From positions 3,410,001 through 3,474,000 of the forward strand of contig NC_086108.1 in assembly GCF_963921235.1 (NCBI RefSeq): a stretch of 64,000 bases of DNA, written 5' to 3'. This DNA comes from Mobula hypostoma. Taxonomy: Eukaryota. How positions within the stretch are numbered: position 1 is the first letter of the stretch; each line of letters starts with the position of its first letter. The position numbers and the translations under genes are program-made. Positions 12,885 through 25,789 of the stretch are shown in pieces. Below the pieces are notes generated by a model, which saw only the letters and a list, made by a program, of their open reading frames with translations, had not been told where the DNA came from and made no database searches.

Positions 12885-14185
12885 GCCTGTCCCTTTACAT
12901 AACACTTGTCAGAGAACATTCTCAGCTTTAGCAGATCATTAGATGAAAGTCCTTGGGTCCACATTCAATTGTTCTGATTAAGTTATCCCACAGCAAGAAT
13001 CTGTTCAAGGAGTTCACAAAATGGGGGGGTGGAGGTGATTGCAAGGGCAGTCTCACAAAACGACCACCTCCAACTCCTTCAAGTACATGGCAAGATCAAG
13101 GACAATTGGTTTGTAGACTGTAGTTCTCTCTGGTCAGCTCTCTTGAGCGATGAAGGCTGAGGGGAGATCTGACAGAGGTTTATAAGATCATGAGAGGCAT
13201 TGACAGAATAGACAGGGAATATCTTGTCTCCCAGGGTCGAACTGTCTGATACTGGAGGGCATGCATTGGAGGTGGAAGGAGCAGGTTCAAAGGGGACATG
13301 AGGGGCAAGTTTTTTAGAGAGTGGTGGGTACTTGGAATGCCTCTATCTGGCGTGGTGGTAAAGGCAGATACATTAGGGGCATTAAGACCATAACACCATA
13401 TAATATAGGAGAAGAATTAGGTCATTTGGCCCATCGAGTCTGCTCCACCATTCGATCATGCCTGACCCTTTTTCCTCTCCTCAACCCCACTCCTGGGCCT
13501 TCTCCTTGTAACCTATGATACTAGTAGTAGTAGTAGTATGATGCCGTGGTCCAATCAATAACCTCTCAATCTCGGCCTTAAATACACCTAATGACCTGGC
13601 CTCCACAGCTGCCGTGGTAATAAATTCCACAAAATCTCCACCCTCTGGCAAAAGAAATTTCTCTGCATCTCTGTTTTAAATGGAAACCCCTCTATCCTGA
13701 GGCTGTGCCCTCTTTTTCTAGACTCCCCCACTGTGGGAAATATCCGTTCCACATCTACTCTGTCCAAGCCTTTCAATATTTGAAAGGTTTCAGTGAGATT
13801 CCCCCCTCATCCTTCTGAATTCCAGTGAGTACAGACCCAGGGTCATTAAATGTTCCTCGTATGATAACCTATTCATTCCTGGAATCATCCTTGTGAATCT
13901 CCTCTGGACCCTCTCCAATGCCAGCACATCTTTTCTAAGATGAGGGGCCCAAAATTGTTCACAATATTCAAGGTGAGGCCTCACCAGTGTCTTATAAATC
14001 CTCAGCATCACATCCTTGCTCTTGTATTCTAGACCTCTTGAAATGAATGCTAACATGGCATTTGCCTTCCTCACCACCGACTCAGCTTGCAAGTTAACCT
14101 TCAGGGTGTTCTGCACAAGGACTCCCAAGTCCCTCTATGTCTCAGATTCCTGGATTTTCTCCCCGTTTAGAAAACAGTCCACACA

Positions 14186-15306
14186 TTTATTTATAGAACT
14201 TAGAACATAGAATAGTACAGCACAGTACAGGGCTTTTGGTCCACAATGTTGTGCCGACCCTCAAACCCTGCCTCCATATAACCCCCACCTTAAATTCCTC
14301 CATATCCCTGTCTAGTAGTCTCTTAAACTTCACGAGTGTATCTGCCTCCACCACTGACTCAGGCAGTGCATTCCACGCACCAACCACTCTCTGAGTAAAA
14401 AACCTTCCTCTAATATCCCCCTTGAACTTCCCACCCCTTACCTTAAACCCATGTCCTCTTGTATTAAGCAGTGGTGCCCTGGGGAAGAGGCGCTGGCTAT
14501 CCACTCTATCTATTCCTCTTATTATCTTGTACACCTCTATTATGTCTCCTCTCATCCTCCTTCTCTCCAAAGAATAAAGCCCTAGCTCCCTTAATCTCTG
14601 ATCATAATGTATACTCTCTAAACCAGGCAGCATCCTGGTAAATCTCCTCTGTACCCTTTCCAATGCTTCCACATCCTTCCTATAGTGAGGTGACCAGAAC
14701 TGGACACAGTACTCCCAGTGTGGCCTAACCAGAGTTTTATAGAGCTGCATCATTACATTGCGACTCTTAAACTCAATCCCTCGACTTATGAAAGCTAACA
14801 TTCCATAAGCTTTCTTAACTACCCTATCTACCTGTGAGGCAACTTTCAGTGGACATATACTCCCAGATCCCTCTGCTCCTCCACACTACCAAGTATCCTG
14901 CCACTTACTTTGTACTCTGCCTTGGAGTTTGTCCTTCCAAAGTGTACCACCTCACACTTCTCCAGGTTAAACTCCATCTGCCACTTCTCAGCCCACTTCT
15001 GCATCTTATCAATGTCTCTCTGCAATCTTCAACAATCCTCTACATTATCCACAACACCACCAACCTTTGTGTCGTCTGCAAACTTGCCAACCCAGCCTTC
15101 TACCCCCACATCCAGGTCGTTAATAAAAATCATGAAAAGTGGAGGTCCCAGAACTGATCCTTTGTGGGACACCACTGGTCACAACCCTCCAATCCGAATG
15201 TACTCCCTCCACCACGACCCTCTGCTTTCTGCAGGCAAGCCAATTCTGAATCTACCTGGCCAATCTTCCCTGGATCCCATGCCTTCTGACTTTCTGAATA
15301 AGCTTA
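14186..15306 (-). mobile_element. Younger CR1 3' fragment nested in CR1
   Basis: ORF 14187-14801 LVRPHWEYCVQFWSPHYRKD. Same subfamily as 53140-54266. Confidence 0.9.
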
Positions 15307-15453
15307 CCGTTCTACTACCAAAGTACATGACCATGCATTTTCCAACATTGTATTTCATTTGCCACTTTCTTGCCCATTCTCCAAATCTGTCTAAGTCCTT
15401 CTGCATCCTATCTATTCCCACAACACTACCTGCCCTTCCACCGATCTTCATAT

Positions 15454-16122
15454 TGTTACGTACCAGCAGCAATAGATCACAAGTGAGTCAGGTTTTAATG
15501 TTAAAACCACTATCTTTATTAGTATCTACTCAATATATAGAAACTTAAATGAAAATAAACAGAAGCTAACAGTGTTATGTGTGTATATATGTAGCTCCCA
15601 AACTAACAAGCTCAGGAACAATTCTTAAAGTCTTAAGATTCAGATGGTAAAGTAGAAAAATTCAGTAATCCACAGAATAGACGATGGGAGAGAGATTTGT
15701 AATCCAGAATATAATGTAGAGAGAAGGTGATTATGTCGAATTCCACAAGTTCTACACTGGTAGAACAAAATAGCAGACGTTGAGTCGTTCTGAAATCCAC
15801 CTAGAGATATCACCAAAATGACAGTCACAGGAATATTGTCTTCAAGTGGTTAGCACGTAACACCCTGATTCCAGGTCAGGGCCAACAAAAGTGATACCAC
15901 AGGATACTGCAACAAATCCACACATATGGATTACACGAAGTGACAGTCACACATCCGTTGTGCACTGCGTGCCGATAAACAACCCAACCTTTTGGGCCTC
16001 CGAGAGTATGGAACTCCCCATCTTACAATGACAGCACCAAACTGAAGTTCCAACAGTCAGTCTCAGTCTCTCTCTCTCTCTTAAAGTGACACTCACAGTA
16101 CGAGCTTGCGTCCCTTGTAACA
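15454..16122. mobile_element. Solo LTR (Gypsy-like)
   Basis: Termini TGTTAC...GTAACA, 4-bp TSD ATAT (15450-15453, 16123-16126), cleanly interrupts a CR1 RT sequence. Confidence 0.8.
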
Positions 16123-16434
16123 ATATCATCTGCAAACTTGGCAACGAACCCATCTATTCCATCATCTAAATAATTTATACACGACATAAAAAGACGTGGT
16201 TCCAACACCAACCCCTGTGAAACACTACTAGTCACTGGCAGCAAACCAGAAAAGGATCATTTTATTTCAACATTTAAGAAATGTTTAGGCAGACACATAA
16301 ATGTTTGAAAAATACAAGGACATAAGGGATTACTTCAGTTGGCCATTAAGGCCTGTTCCTGTGCTGTACTGTCACTATAATCATATGAAGAAGCCTCACC
16401 AGGGAACACAAGAGTTTACTGGAGGAGATTGCAC

Positions 16435-17322
16435 TACCCCAGAGTACAGAGATACCCCTCTGTACACAGATTTCCCGCAGTACACAGATACCCCCAGTAC
16501 AGAACTCCCAGTACAGATACCCCTCAGTACACAGATATCCCACAGTACACAAATATCCCCTCAGTACAGAGATACCCCTCAGTATACAGATACTCCTCAG
16601 TACACAGATATCCCCTCAGTACAGAGATACCCCTCAGTACACAGATACCCCTCAGTACACAGATACCCCACAATACACAGATACAGAGATATCCCTCAGT
16701 ACAGAGATACCCCCAGTACAGATACCCCTCAGTACACAGATACCCCACAGTACACTGATACAGAGATATCCCTCAGTACAGAGATACCCCCAGTACAGAT
16801 ACCCCTCAGTAGACAGATACCCCACAGTACACTGATACCTCTAAGGACACAGATACCCCCAGTACACAGATACTCCTCAGTACACAGACTCCCTGCAGTA
16901 CACAGATACCCTCCAGCACAGAGATACCCCTCTGTACACAGATACCCCTCAGTACACAGATAACCCCTCAGTACAGAGATACCCCTGAGTACACAAATAC
17001 CCCTCTGTACACAGATACCCCTTCAGTACACAGATAATCCCAGTACATAAATACCCCTCTGTACACAGATACCCCTCAGTACACAGATACTCCTCAGTAC
17101 ACAGACTCCCTGCAGTACACAGATACCCTCCAGCACAGAGATACCCCTCTGTACACAGATACCCCTCAGTACACAGATAACCCCTCAGTACAGAGATACC
17201 CCTGAGTACACAAATACCCCTCTGTACACAGATACCCCTTCAGTACACAGATAATCCCAGTACATAAATACCCCTCTGTACACAGATACCCCTCAGTACA
17301 CAGATAGCCCGCAGTACAGAGA
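16435..17322. repeat. Minisatellite, ~18-bp unit CAGTACACAGATACCCCT
   Basis: Direct tandem repeats, including a 217-bp higher-order duplication. Confidence 0.95.
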
Positions 17323-17780
17323 TGCAGGAATTCTGCATGTGATAACAGGACGTGTCAGATTTTCCTGCCAGGAACTGGGCTTCCTAAAAGCGGTCCACAT
17401 GAGTCCCTGCAGATTTTCCCTGGTTACCGTCCCATTTCCTCCCTCTGTATACTCCACCTTTTCCGGGATATTTCTGCGTGTGTCCCGGCTTGCATAAGAT
17501 GCATTGAACCTGTGACCGATCTGCCTATTCCCCTGTGCTTACACAGATCCGATCTAAATATGCTCCACACCTTGCTTATATTGTATTGAGACGCTGTGCA
17601 GAATAGGCCTGGATACTGCTCCGGGACATCTCATGGCCCCACCACTGGTGTCTGTGCCTCCACATGCACATGGCCCTCAACTAGATTTCCCTCCCTAAAC
17701 TTCGACTCACCATCCCTGCCGTCCCTCCCCCACTTCTCTGCATGCATTTAACATGCTGGATTAAATACAAAGTCTTTGTC

Positions 17781-18031
17781 TTTCTTTCTTTTTAAATCTT
17801 TTTATTGAATAAGTATACAAAAAGGTAAGCCATATAGGCACTAATACACTGTTAGAATATAATAAAATTACAGGAGATATTAATACAAAAAAAAATACTA
17901 CAAACAATGTAATTTAAACATAACGTACCAAGGTAACATAATAGTATACTAATTTATATATATTTATCAATAGAGAAAAGGAACCCCCCCCCCAAAAAAA
18001 AACCCACCGTGCAACTAACTAAAAGCAAAGC
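17781..18031 (-). mobile_element. 5'-truncated L1/Tx1 3'UTR insertion with 14-bp TSD
   Basis: Reverse complement of ~3065-3310. TSD acaaagtctttgtc at 17767-17780 and 18032-18045. Confidence 0.9.
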
Positions 18032-18334
18032 ACAAAGTCTTTGTCAATAACTCTAATATTTTAGTTGGCTTGGTATCATATTTCCTTCGATAACATCATA
18101 AAAACATCTCAGGATATTTTATGCTGTTTTAAGGGATGGGTTATTAACAATTGAGGTTCTTGTAATGGAAATTCATAATGAAACTACCGCCTCTGCCCTT
18201 TCTGACAATGAATTCCGAAACTGTATTTATGGAGAAAAAATTTGCCTTGTCATCTTGCCTTGCCCAGTTACCTTGGAACTCTGTTCTCACCCCAGCTCCT
18301 GCCAGTGGAAGCAGTTTCCTCTTGTCATGAAGTC

Positions 18335-18665
18335 ACAGAGTCACAGAGAAGTACAGCTCAGAAACAGGCCCTTTGGCCCATCCAGTCCATGCTGAAAGCA
18401 TTTTAACTGCCTACTCCCATCGACCTGCACCGGGACCACAGCCCTCCAGACCTCTACCTATCCAAACTTCTCTTAAACGTTGAGATTGAGCTCGCACGCA
18501 CCAGCTCGTTCCACACTCTCACCAACCTCCGAGTGAAGAAGTTTCTCCTCACGTTTTCCTTAAACCTTTCACCTTTCACCCTTAACCCACAACCTCCGGT
18601 TTTAGTCCCACCCAACCTCAGTGGAAAAAGCCTACTTGCACTTACCCTATCTATACCCCTCATAC
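18335..18665 (-). mobile_element. CR1 3' fragment
   Basis: RRNFFTRRLVRVWNEL...FKRSLDR and CR1-type 3'UTR. Confidence 0.75.
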
Positions 18666-18806
18666 TTCCAAGAAGACCACAATCTTGAACAAGAGAAAAT
18701 CTGCAGATGGCCTGCCAAAGGGTCTCAGCCTGAAACATCGACTGTACTTTTTTTCCATAGACGCTGCCTGGCCCTGATGAGTTCCTCCAGGATTTTGTGT
18801 ATGAGA

Positions 18807-19212
18807 CCACAATCTTGTCGTGATTTGGAGGCTTGCAGCCTCAATGACCCAGGGAGCTATGTTGGCTGGAGTCAGGGCTTTATGCTTTGGCTCGTGGTAG
18901 GGTCACCCATGCCAAACAGGTGAAAGGGTAGAGGCCAGACTATGAGTGGTCCACCAGTCCTCCAGGTTCAGGGGTTCAGCTCAGGGCTAACAACCCTGAC
19001 TGGTCAAACAAAACTGTTATGGAAACAACAATGAAGAATCCTTCTACATCTGAGTGTGACGGTATTCCTGAGTCTCCACCCGGGACTTGTATGACTGACA
19101 GTAGTGAAAACCGAGAGGAAGTTACTGACATGATGAACAAAGCCTTGAACACCACCAGAGATGGAGGACCTTCATTGCTGCCCTAAAGCCAGTGGTGTAA
19201 CAGACAGTAAGT
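18807..19212 (+). mobile_element. Short non-autonomous RTE-derived element, copy 2
   Basis: Collinear with 52-437. Confidence 0.55.
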
Positions 19213-21604
19213 AATTATGAAGGCGGTTGCCTTCATAATTTTGTATGTCTCTACAAAATCTCCTCTCAATCTTCTACGCTCCAATGAATAAAGTCTTAAC
19301 CTGCTCATTCTTTCCTTATAAGCCAGGTCCTCCAGACCTGGCCAAATCCTTGTACATTTTCTCTGTCTTCTCCATTCAGATAGTCCATGACTTTCCAAAA
19401 AAGCCATCAGCTGGAGAAGAGGAACTGAGCCAATCAGTTATCATCATACTGGATGGTAGGCAGGCTCAAAGGGCTGTGATTTACTCCTGATCTGTGACCT
19501 CTGACTCAGAGGCCCATGTTAAAACGTCCTTGAACAAGGAAGATGGCACCAGTGAACAAACCTACCAGAGGAGACATCCTAAAGATGGATCAGGAAGCAA
19601 CTCCTTTCATTTATTTTACATCTTTTTATTCCAGACGTGGTTCTGCTGCTGTTGGAGCCTGCTGTCTACATTCTGGCAGTGTATCTTCAGGCTGACCTAG
19701 CGATCTGGCGCTTCGCTGTCTCTGTGAGGGTTCCACGAGGCTGTGAGCAAAGTGTGCGACGTGGAGGCATGGAAACGGGGCGTGACCCACCATCGACTCC
19801 ATCTCTCACCCATCTTGACCAGTAAAGTGCCGGGAAAGATTGAAATCGAGGCGGATGAGATGGGCGAGATGGACGAGTGAGTGTTCAGCACCATCCTGCT
19901 CCCTGCTGCTGGAGAAGGTGTTTGCATATGGCGGTCTCTCACTCACCACTGGTCCTTGTGTTTGAGTGATTTCGCTCTCTCTCTCGATGCTGTCAGCAGA
20001 TGTGGTCGGAGCATCCGCCGTGGTTTATAGATTTGTGCTCTGATTCACGTTTATGATGTTTTCTGATTTCTAGTTCCAGCTCTGGTCACTCTTTTTTGTT
20101 ACTAATTTTGGGCAGCTTTTGAATCAGGGTGGCCTGCAGATACAACCCTGAGCTGACCTGTGCTGAGATATGCCTGAGATTTCCCTGTTTTTTTGCTGTT
20201 TGCGCGTGGGGTTTGATGTTTGATGTTTTTCTTTGAATGGGTTGTTTCATGGCTGCCTGTGGGGAAGATGAATAGATAGTTGCAGACGTACTTTGCTAAC
20301 AAATGTCCTTTGAATTGAAAAGGGTGCGCTGTTACTCCTATGGTGTATCTGGCCAATACCAGCCAACTGGCTGGAGTGTTCATAAACATCGCCAACCTCT
20401 AGAAGTCAAGCTGAGTTTACTGCCATGTGCACAGGTACAGCAAGGTCACGGTAAACCCAGACAATTTCTTCCAGCTCATCCACACATTCTTCTTTAATCA
20501 TGCCTTTCTTTTCATTTCAGGGCGGCTGGGGTCCTGTCAGAGCCTGTGATCTACAGCTACAACTCCAGGTGTGGCCCTGGAAGAGGTGCACCTTCAGGGA
20601 GCAGCCCTGTAGACCATCCAGTTCATCACAGATCGCACCGACCGAAGCACTGAAACATCGAGACTGCAGATGGTCTGCGCTACTGTTGGAAGAAGATCCC
20701 TGTACTTGCCCTCTCTCTCTCTCTCTTTGATAGTGAGTGAGAGCCTGTCGGTCACTGCGTCGGGGTGGGGGGGGGGTGCTTAGAGCTCTGACGTGGAAGA
20801 TTGGAATATCGAAACAGCACTGCTCTTGTTGCAGGAGCAAACTCTCTCTCCCTTGCTGGTGTGAGAGAGGCTGTCTGCAGTACCTAAGTGCTGGGATATG
20901 GACTGTAGTTTTTGATGGACTCTTTGGGGGCTTTTGCTACTGCCTGTAGGGTGGGGGGATGGGGGCCAGTGCTTCTGCTGCTGGTGGTGAGGGGTGGGGT
21001 ACTTTGGTGGTGTGTGGGAGGGGTGGGGTACTTTGGGTTTCTGATGTTTCTGCAATTCATTCTTTGAGGTTTTTCACTTTGTGGACGTCTCTGAAGAGTA
21101 AGAATTTTAGGTTGTATACTGCATACATTTTCTGGGCCTCAATACCCCCTTGTGCTAATAGGTTCTGGATTTCCTCACTTGTAGACCCCAGTCAGTTCAG
21201 ATTTGCAAAATCCTCTCCTCCACAATCTCCACCAGCACAGAAACACCGCTGGGTGTGTACTTAGCTCCCTGCCCTACTCGTTTACACTTACAACTGTGTG
21301 GCTAAAGTAGAGCTACAACACCACATACAAGTTTTTTGACAACACCATTGTTATAGTCATGGTCACAGTCATAGTCATACTTTATTGATCCTGAGGGAAA
21401 TTGGTTTTCATTACAGTTGCACCATAAATAATTAAATAGTAATAAAACCACGAATAGTTAAATAGTGATATGTAAATTATGCCAGGAAATAAGTCCAGGA
21501 CCAGCCTATTGGCTCAGGGTGTCTGACCCTCCAAGGGAGGAGTTGTAAAGTTTGATGGCCACAGGCAGGAATGACTTCCTATGACGCTCTGTGCTGCATC
21601 TCGG

Positions 21605-22470
21605 TGGAATTGTTGAAGGTTGTATCAAAGGTGGTGATAAATCAGCATACAGGAGAGAGATTGAAAACTCGGCTGAGGGGTGTAATTACAACAACCTCTC
21701 ACTCAATGTCAATGAGACCAGGGAACTGACTGTGGACTTCAGGAGAGGGAAACCAGAGGTCCATGAGCCAGTCCTCATCAGAGGATCAGAGGTGGAGAGG
21801 GTCAGTAACTTTAAATTCCTGGGTGTCACTATCTCAGAGGAGCTGTCCTGGACCCATCATATAAATATTACTGTGAAGAAAGCACAACAGCGCCTCTCCT
21901 TCCTCAGAGGTCTACAGAGATCTAGCATGTCATCAAAAACCTCAGCAAATTTCTATAGATGTGTGTGGAAAGTGTGCTGACTGACCGCATTGCGGCCTGG
22001 TACGGGAGCACCAATGCCTTTGAGTGGAAAATCCTACAGAAGGTAGTGAATTCAGCCCAGTACATCACGGGTAAAACCCTCCCACAACTACATGAAACGT
22101 TGCTGTAGAAAAGCAGCATTCATCATCAGAGATCCTCTCCACCCTCTTTTCTCACTGCTGCCATCAGGTAGAAGGTACAAGAGCCTCAGTACTTACACCA
22201 CCAGGTTCAAGAAAGGTTACAACTCCTCAACCATCAGGCTCTTGAAAAAAAAATGGATAACTACACTCATTTAAGGACTCTTTTATCTTGTTATTTCATG
22301 CTCGTTATTTATTGCTATTTATTTATCTCTGCATTTGTCCATTGATCCTGTTTACTGTTACTGTTCCATAGATTTGCTGAGAATGCCCACAGATAAGTGA
22401 ATCTCAGGGATGTATGTGGTGACATTTATGTACTCTGATAATAATTTTTACTTCAAACTTTGAATTTTGA
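21605..22470 (+). mobile_element. Rex1/Babar-type LINE 3' fragment
   Basis: NNLSLNVNETRELTVDFRR, KKAQQRLSFLR, LFSLLPSGRRYKSL; (TTTGAA)-like tail. Confidence 0.85.
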
Positions 22471-22497
22471 ACCGATATTAAATAGAACCATTTGAAG

Positions 22498-23195
22498 TAC
22501 ATGCAAAAAATTCTGTGGAGTGAGAATGCTTTCAAAAATGAAGGAATGAGAAGTTTCCGAACATCAACAAAGTTACTATAAAGAGCAGTACGCAGTAAAA
22601 GACTAAATCACATCAATATTCGGTGTGACCACCCTTTGCTTTTTAAACTGCATCAATTCTCTTGGGTACGCCGCCATGCAGGTTTATAAGAAATTCGGCT
22701 GGTTGGTTGTTCCAAGCATCTTGGAGAACTTGCCACAGCTTTTCCACAGACTTTAGATGTCTTGCTTGCTTCTGTCTCTCTAGGTAACCCCAGGCAACCT
22801 CGACAATGTTGTGATCAGTGCTCTGTGGAGGCCACACCGTCTATCGCAGAGCTCCTTGGTCCTTTGTTTGAAGATCATCCTTTATGACCTTGGCCGTGAG
22901 TTTGAGATCATTGTTCTGCTGCAGAATGAAGTTGGAGCCAATCAGATTCCTCCCTGATGGTGTTGTGCGATGGATGAGAATCTGCTTGTACTTCTCAGCA
23001 TTGAGGATTCCATTAATTCTGACCAGAACAACAACTCAATTTGCAGAAATGCAGCCCCAAACCTGCAGGGAACCTCCACCGTGCTTCACTGTTGGCTGCA
23101 GACACTCACCTATGTAGCGCTCTCCTGCTCTTCTACGGACAAACTGCCTCCTGTTTGAGCCAAAAGTTTCAAATGTGGACTCGTCAGTCCAGAGT
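22498..23195 (-). mobile_element. Tc1/mariner transposase fragment (DDE domain), decayed
   Basis: WTDESTFE, TVKHGGGSLQVWGCI, FILQQNND and WPPQSTDHNIVE motifs across frameshifted ORFs. Confidence 0.85.
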
Positions 23196-24729
23196 AGCAG
23201 AGAGGGGGAAAAGAGCAGAATGAACAACTGCCCATGTGTGGTATTAAGGGTTTATCAGATCAGTGATTTCAGAAACAGGGCAACTTGAACACCCCATGAT
23301 CATGGAAGAGTTCTGCTAGCAAGTATTCTCACAAGCTTTAAGAAATTTCTAGACAAATTGGCAAGGTGTGGAAGGCTACCAACCACTTGCTGGTAAATAG
23401 AATTAGTGTGGATCAGTAATTACACTGGACAACAAAGATTTTCCTTCCCGAAAACGTTTGAGACTATTTAATGGTTGGCATGTATACGTGGAGCAAAGGG
23501 TCTGCCCCTGTTCCTTGTGGCTCTATAAATGAGAAAAGGAAAGTCCTTAGAGAAACTTGCAGATATAATCATCAACCTGAAATATTGTCAAAATTAGTCA
23601 TTTTTAAAAGAAAGAGAAGAGTTTTCTTTTAGTTAGCATGTGACAGTATTTTCCCAGTGTCACCTCATAATCTTTTATGTCTAATTGTTTGTCATCGGAC
23701 TAGCTCTGTGTTTCACTTTGTGTTGCAGGTGTCTCATTTGGGATCATGAAGATTGTTAAACTCCCTTTGTATTTTTCACATTTATTTAATTTGGGATAAT
23801 TTAATGAGATCAGTATTTTCAAATGTCCTGCATTATCACTGTTGCCTTTGGGGATTATTTCTTCATCTGGATACCTATGTTGTCTGATTGGTCCTGAATT
23901 CCTGTGAGCTCCAGGGTGTACTTCGGGGGGACATGCCAACTCCTTGTTGCTCGGTTGAGGTTCCTTGTCTGGTGAAACTCTGACCAAGTACTTCTGTGTA
24001 TCGTCAGTGATTTCAGTTCTTCAAGTTTCTGTATAGTTTGTCTGAGTTCTTGTTAGTTTTGCTGGTTAATTTACAGAATAAATCTTTTGTTTTGTTTTAA
24101 TTGCTGAAGTCTCCGTGAATCCTACACTTGAGTTCACTTGAGACCCTTACAAATACTAACTCTGTTCCTCTCTCCACAGATGCTGCCTGATCTGCTGAGT
24201 GATTCTGGCTCTTCCTGTTTGTTTTTTTTATGTTGGCATCTGTAGTTTTTCAGGTTTCTGCTACCACAGTGACACGGGCACAGAAGGCATACTCTAAAAG
24301 CAAAAGCCAAGCCTGTTTGGTACCTATTGTTCAACATAGAGTTCTGAACTGGAACCAAGATAAACAATAAGGCAAAAGAGAATCATGACTCCACTGGTGT
24401 CAGTGACTCTTATGAAAAGTTGCAGGAAAACTTGGAGCAGGGGGTTCTGAACAGAGGGAATGGGGAAAATCTACATTCCCTAGCAGGAGGAATGTAGGCA
24501 GAGCAAACAAATTCACCATAACCTGGCAAAAATCCAGAGGGAAATGACAAGACAGATTTCATTCTGCTTTGTAATTTATGATCTGGAATGTGCCAGAACA
24601 AGTGTGGGCTCCTGCAATTAGCAAATACTTTTACAATCATATTTAGTAAACACAATGATATTTCCCAATTTCCCAAGGCACTTCACAGGAAGATTATAGA
24701 AACAGCTTGATGTGGAGTTCCACCAGGAA

Positions 24730-24935
24730 ATTATAGAGGGGGTGGGATGGAGGGAGAGAGGGAAGGGGAGTGAAAGGAAGAGAGTGAAAGAGGGAGAGAG
24801 GGGAGAAGGAGAGAGGGAGGGGGTAGGAAATGGGAGAGAAAGAAAAAGAGGGAGGGAGAGGAGAGGGCAAGGAAGAGGGATAGGGAGAAAGAGAGGAAGA
24901 GGGAGATGGAGAGAGAGAGGTGGCGAGGGAGAGTG
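24730..24935. repeat. Polypurine (GA-rich) low-complexity tract
   Basis: Almost exclusively G and A for ~200 bp. Confidence 0.85.
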
Positions 24936-25272
24936 GGAGTTTTTTTTAGGAGGGAAGTTCCCAAGCTCGGGGCCCACAGCTGCCATTGATAGAGCGATGG
25001 TAAACAGTGATGCATTGTCAGATTGCAGAGACCTTGGGGAGGTGTGGGACTAAACACATCCACGTCGAACCCTACTATTGTTATTCTACCACCTAGCAAC
25101 AGACCGGGGCAATTAACTGACCAACAGGCTCATCTTTGGAACGTGGGAGGAAGCTCACTCCGGGGGGGGGGGCGGGGGGCACGCTAGCGTAGAGGTTAAG
25201 GTAATGCTGTTATAGCTCCAGTGATCGGGGTTCAATTCCCACTACTGTCTGTGTGGTTCAGGAGCAGTTATT

Positions 25273-25520
25273 AGAGAGAGGAAGAGGAGAGCCATCCGCA
25301 GTACCACCGATGCAGCAGAGAGGGCCTCAAGATGGCTGTGGCTCAAAAGAGGGGAGCCATGGAGTCATAAGTAGCTAGTCATCTGGACACAAGCTGGGGT
25401 CTGATCAGCCCCGGCTGGGTCACCTGGAGGAGGTTGTATGATGTTGAAAGACCCGAAACACCGGATGATTCCAGGAACATCACTGAGGATGTGTCCAGAA
25501 GCATCAATAGATGTATGTAC
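25273..25520 (+). mobile_element. 3' end of a HERO-like (REL-endonuclease non-LTR) retrotransposon
   Basis: Encodes RRAIRSTTDAAERASRWLWLKRGEPWSHK* followed by a 3'UTR containing gttgaaagacccgaaacacc. Family assignment is from recall. Confidence 0.55.
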
Positions 25521-25789
25521 ACAGCAGACCCCACAACCATCAGTCTCCTGAACTACACTCACTTACCCATCCACTGAGATCTTCCCACAACCAATGATCT
25601 CACTTTAAAGACTCTTTCATCTTGTTATTTCATGTTCTCATTATTTATTTATACTGGCATTTGCACAGTTTGTTGTCTTCTGCACTCTGGTTGATCTTTC
25701 ATTGATCCTGTTATAGTTACTATTCTGTAGATTTACTGAGTATGCCCAGAGGAAAATGAATCCCAGGGTTGTATATGGTGACATATATA

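Larger units (their letters stand above)
13385..16260 (-). mobile_element. CR1 LINE 3' part (13385-14185, resuming 15310-15453 and 16123-16260), interrupted by a second CR1 and a solo LTR
   Basis: LVRPHLEYCEQFWAPH; contiguous RT text resumes after each insertion (KFADD/IKIGG). Confidence 0.8.

Noticed and set aside
16301..16963. Repetitive ORFs (YTDTPQ / HRYPSV)
   Set aside because: Translations of the 18-bp minisatellite with frequent unit-length frameshifts; no gene structure.
23700..24060. Minus-strand ORFs in unique sequence
   Set aside because: Short, no recognisable homology or exon boundaries.
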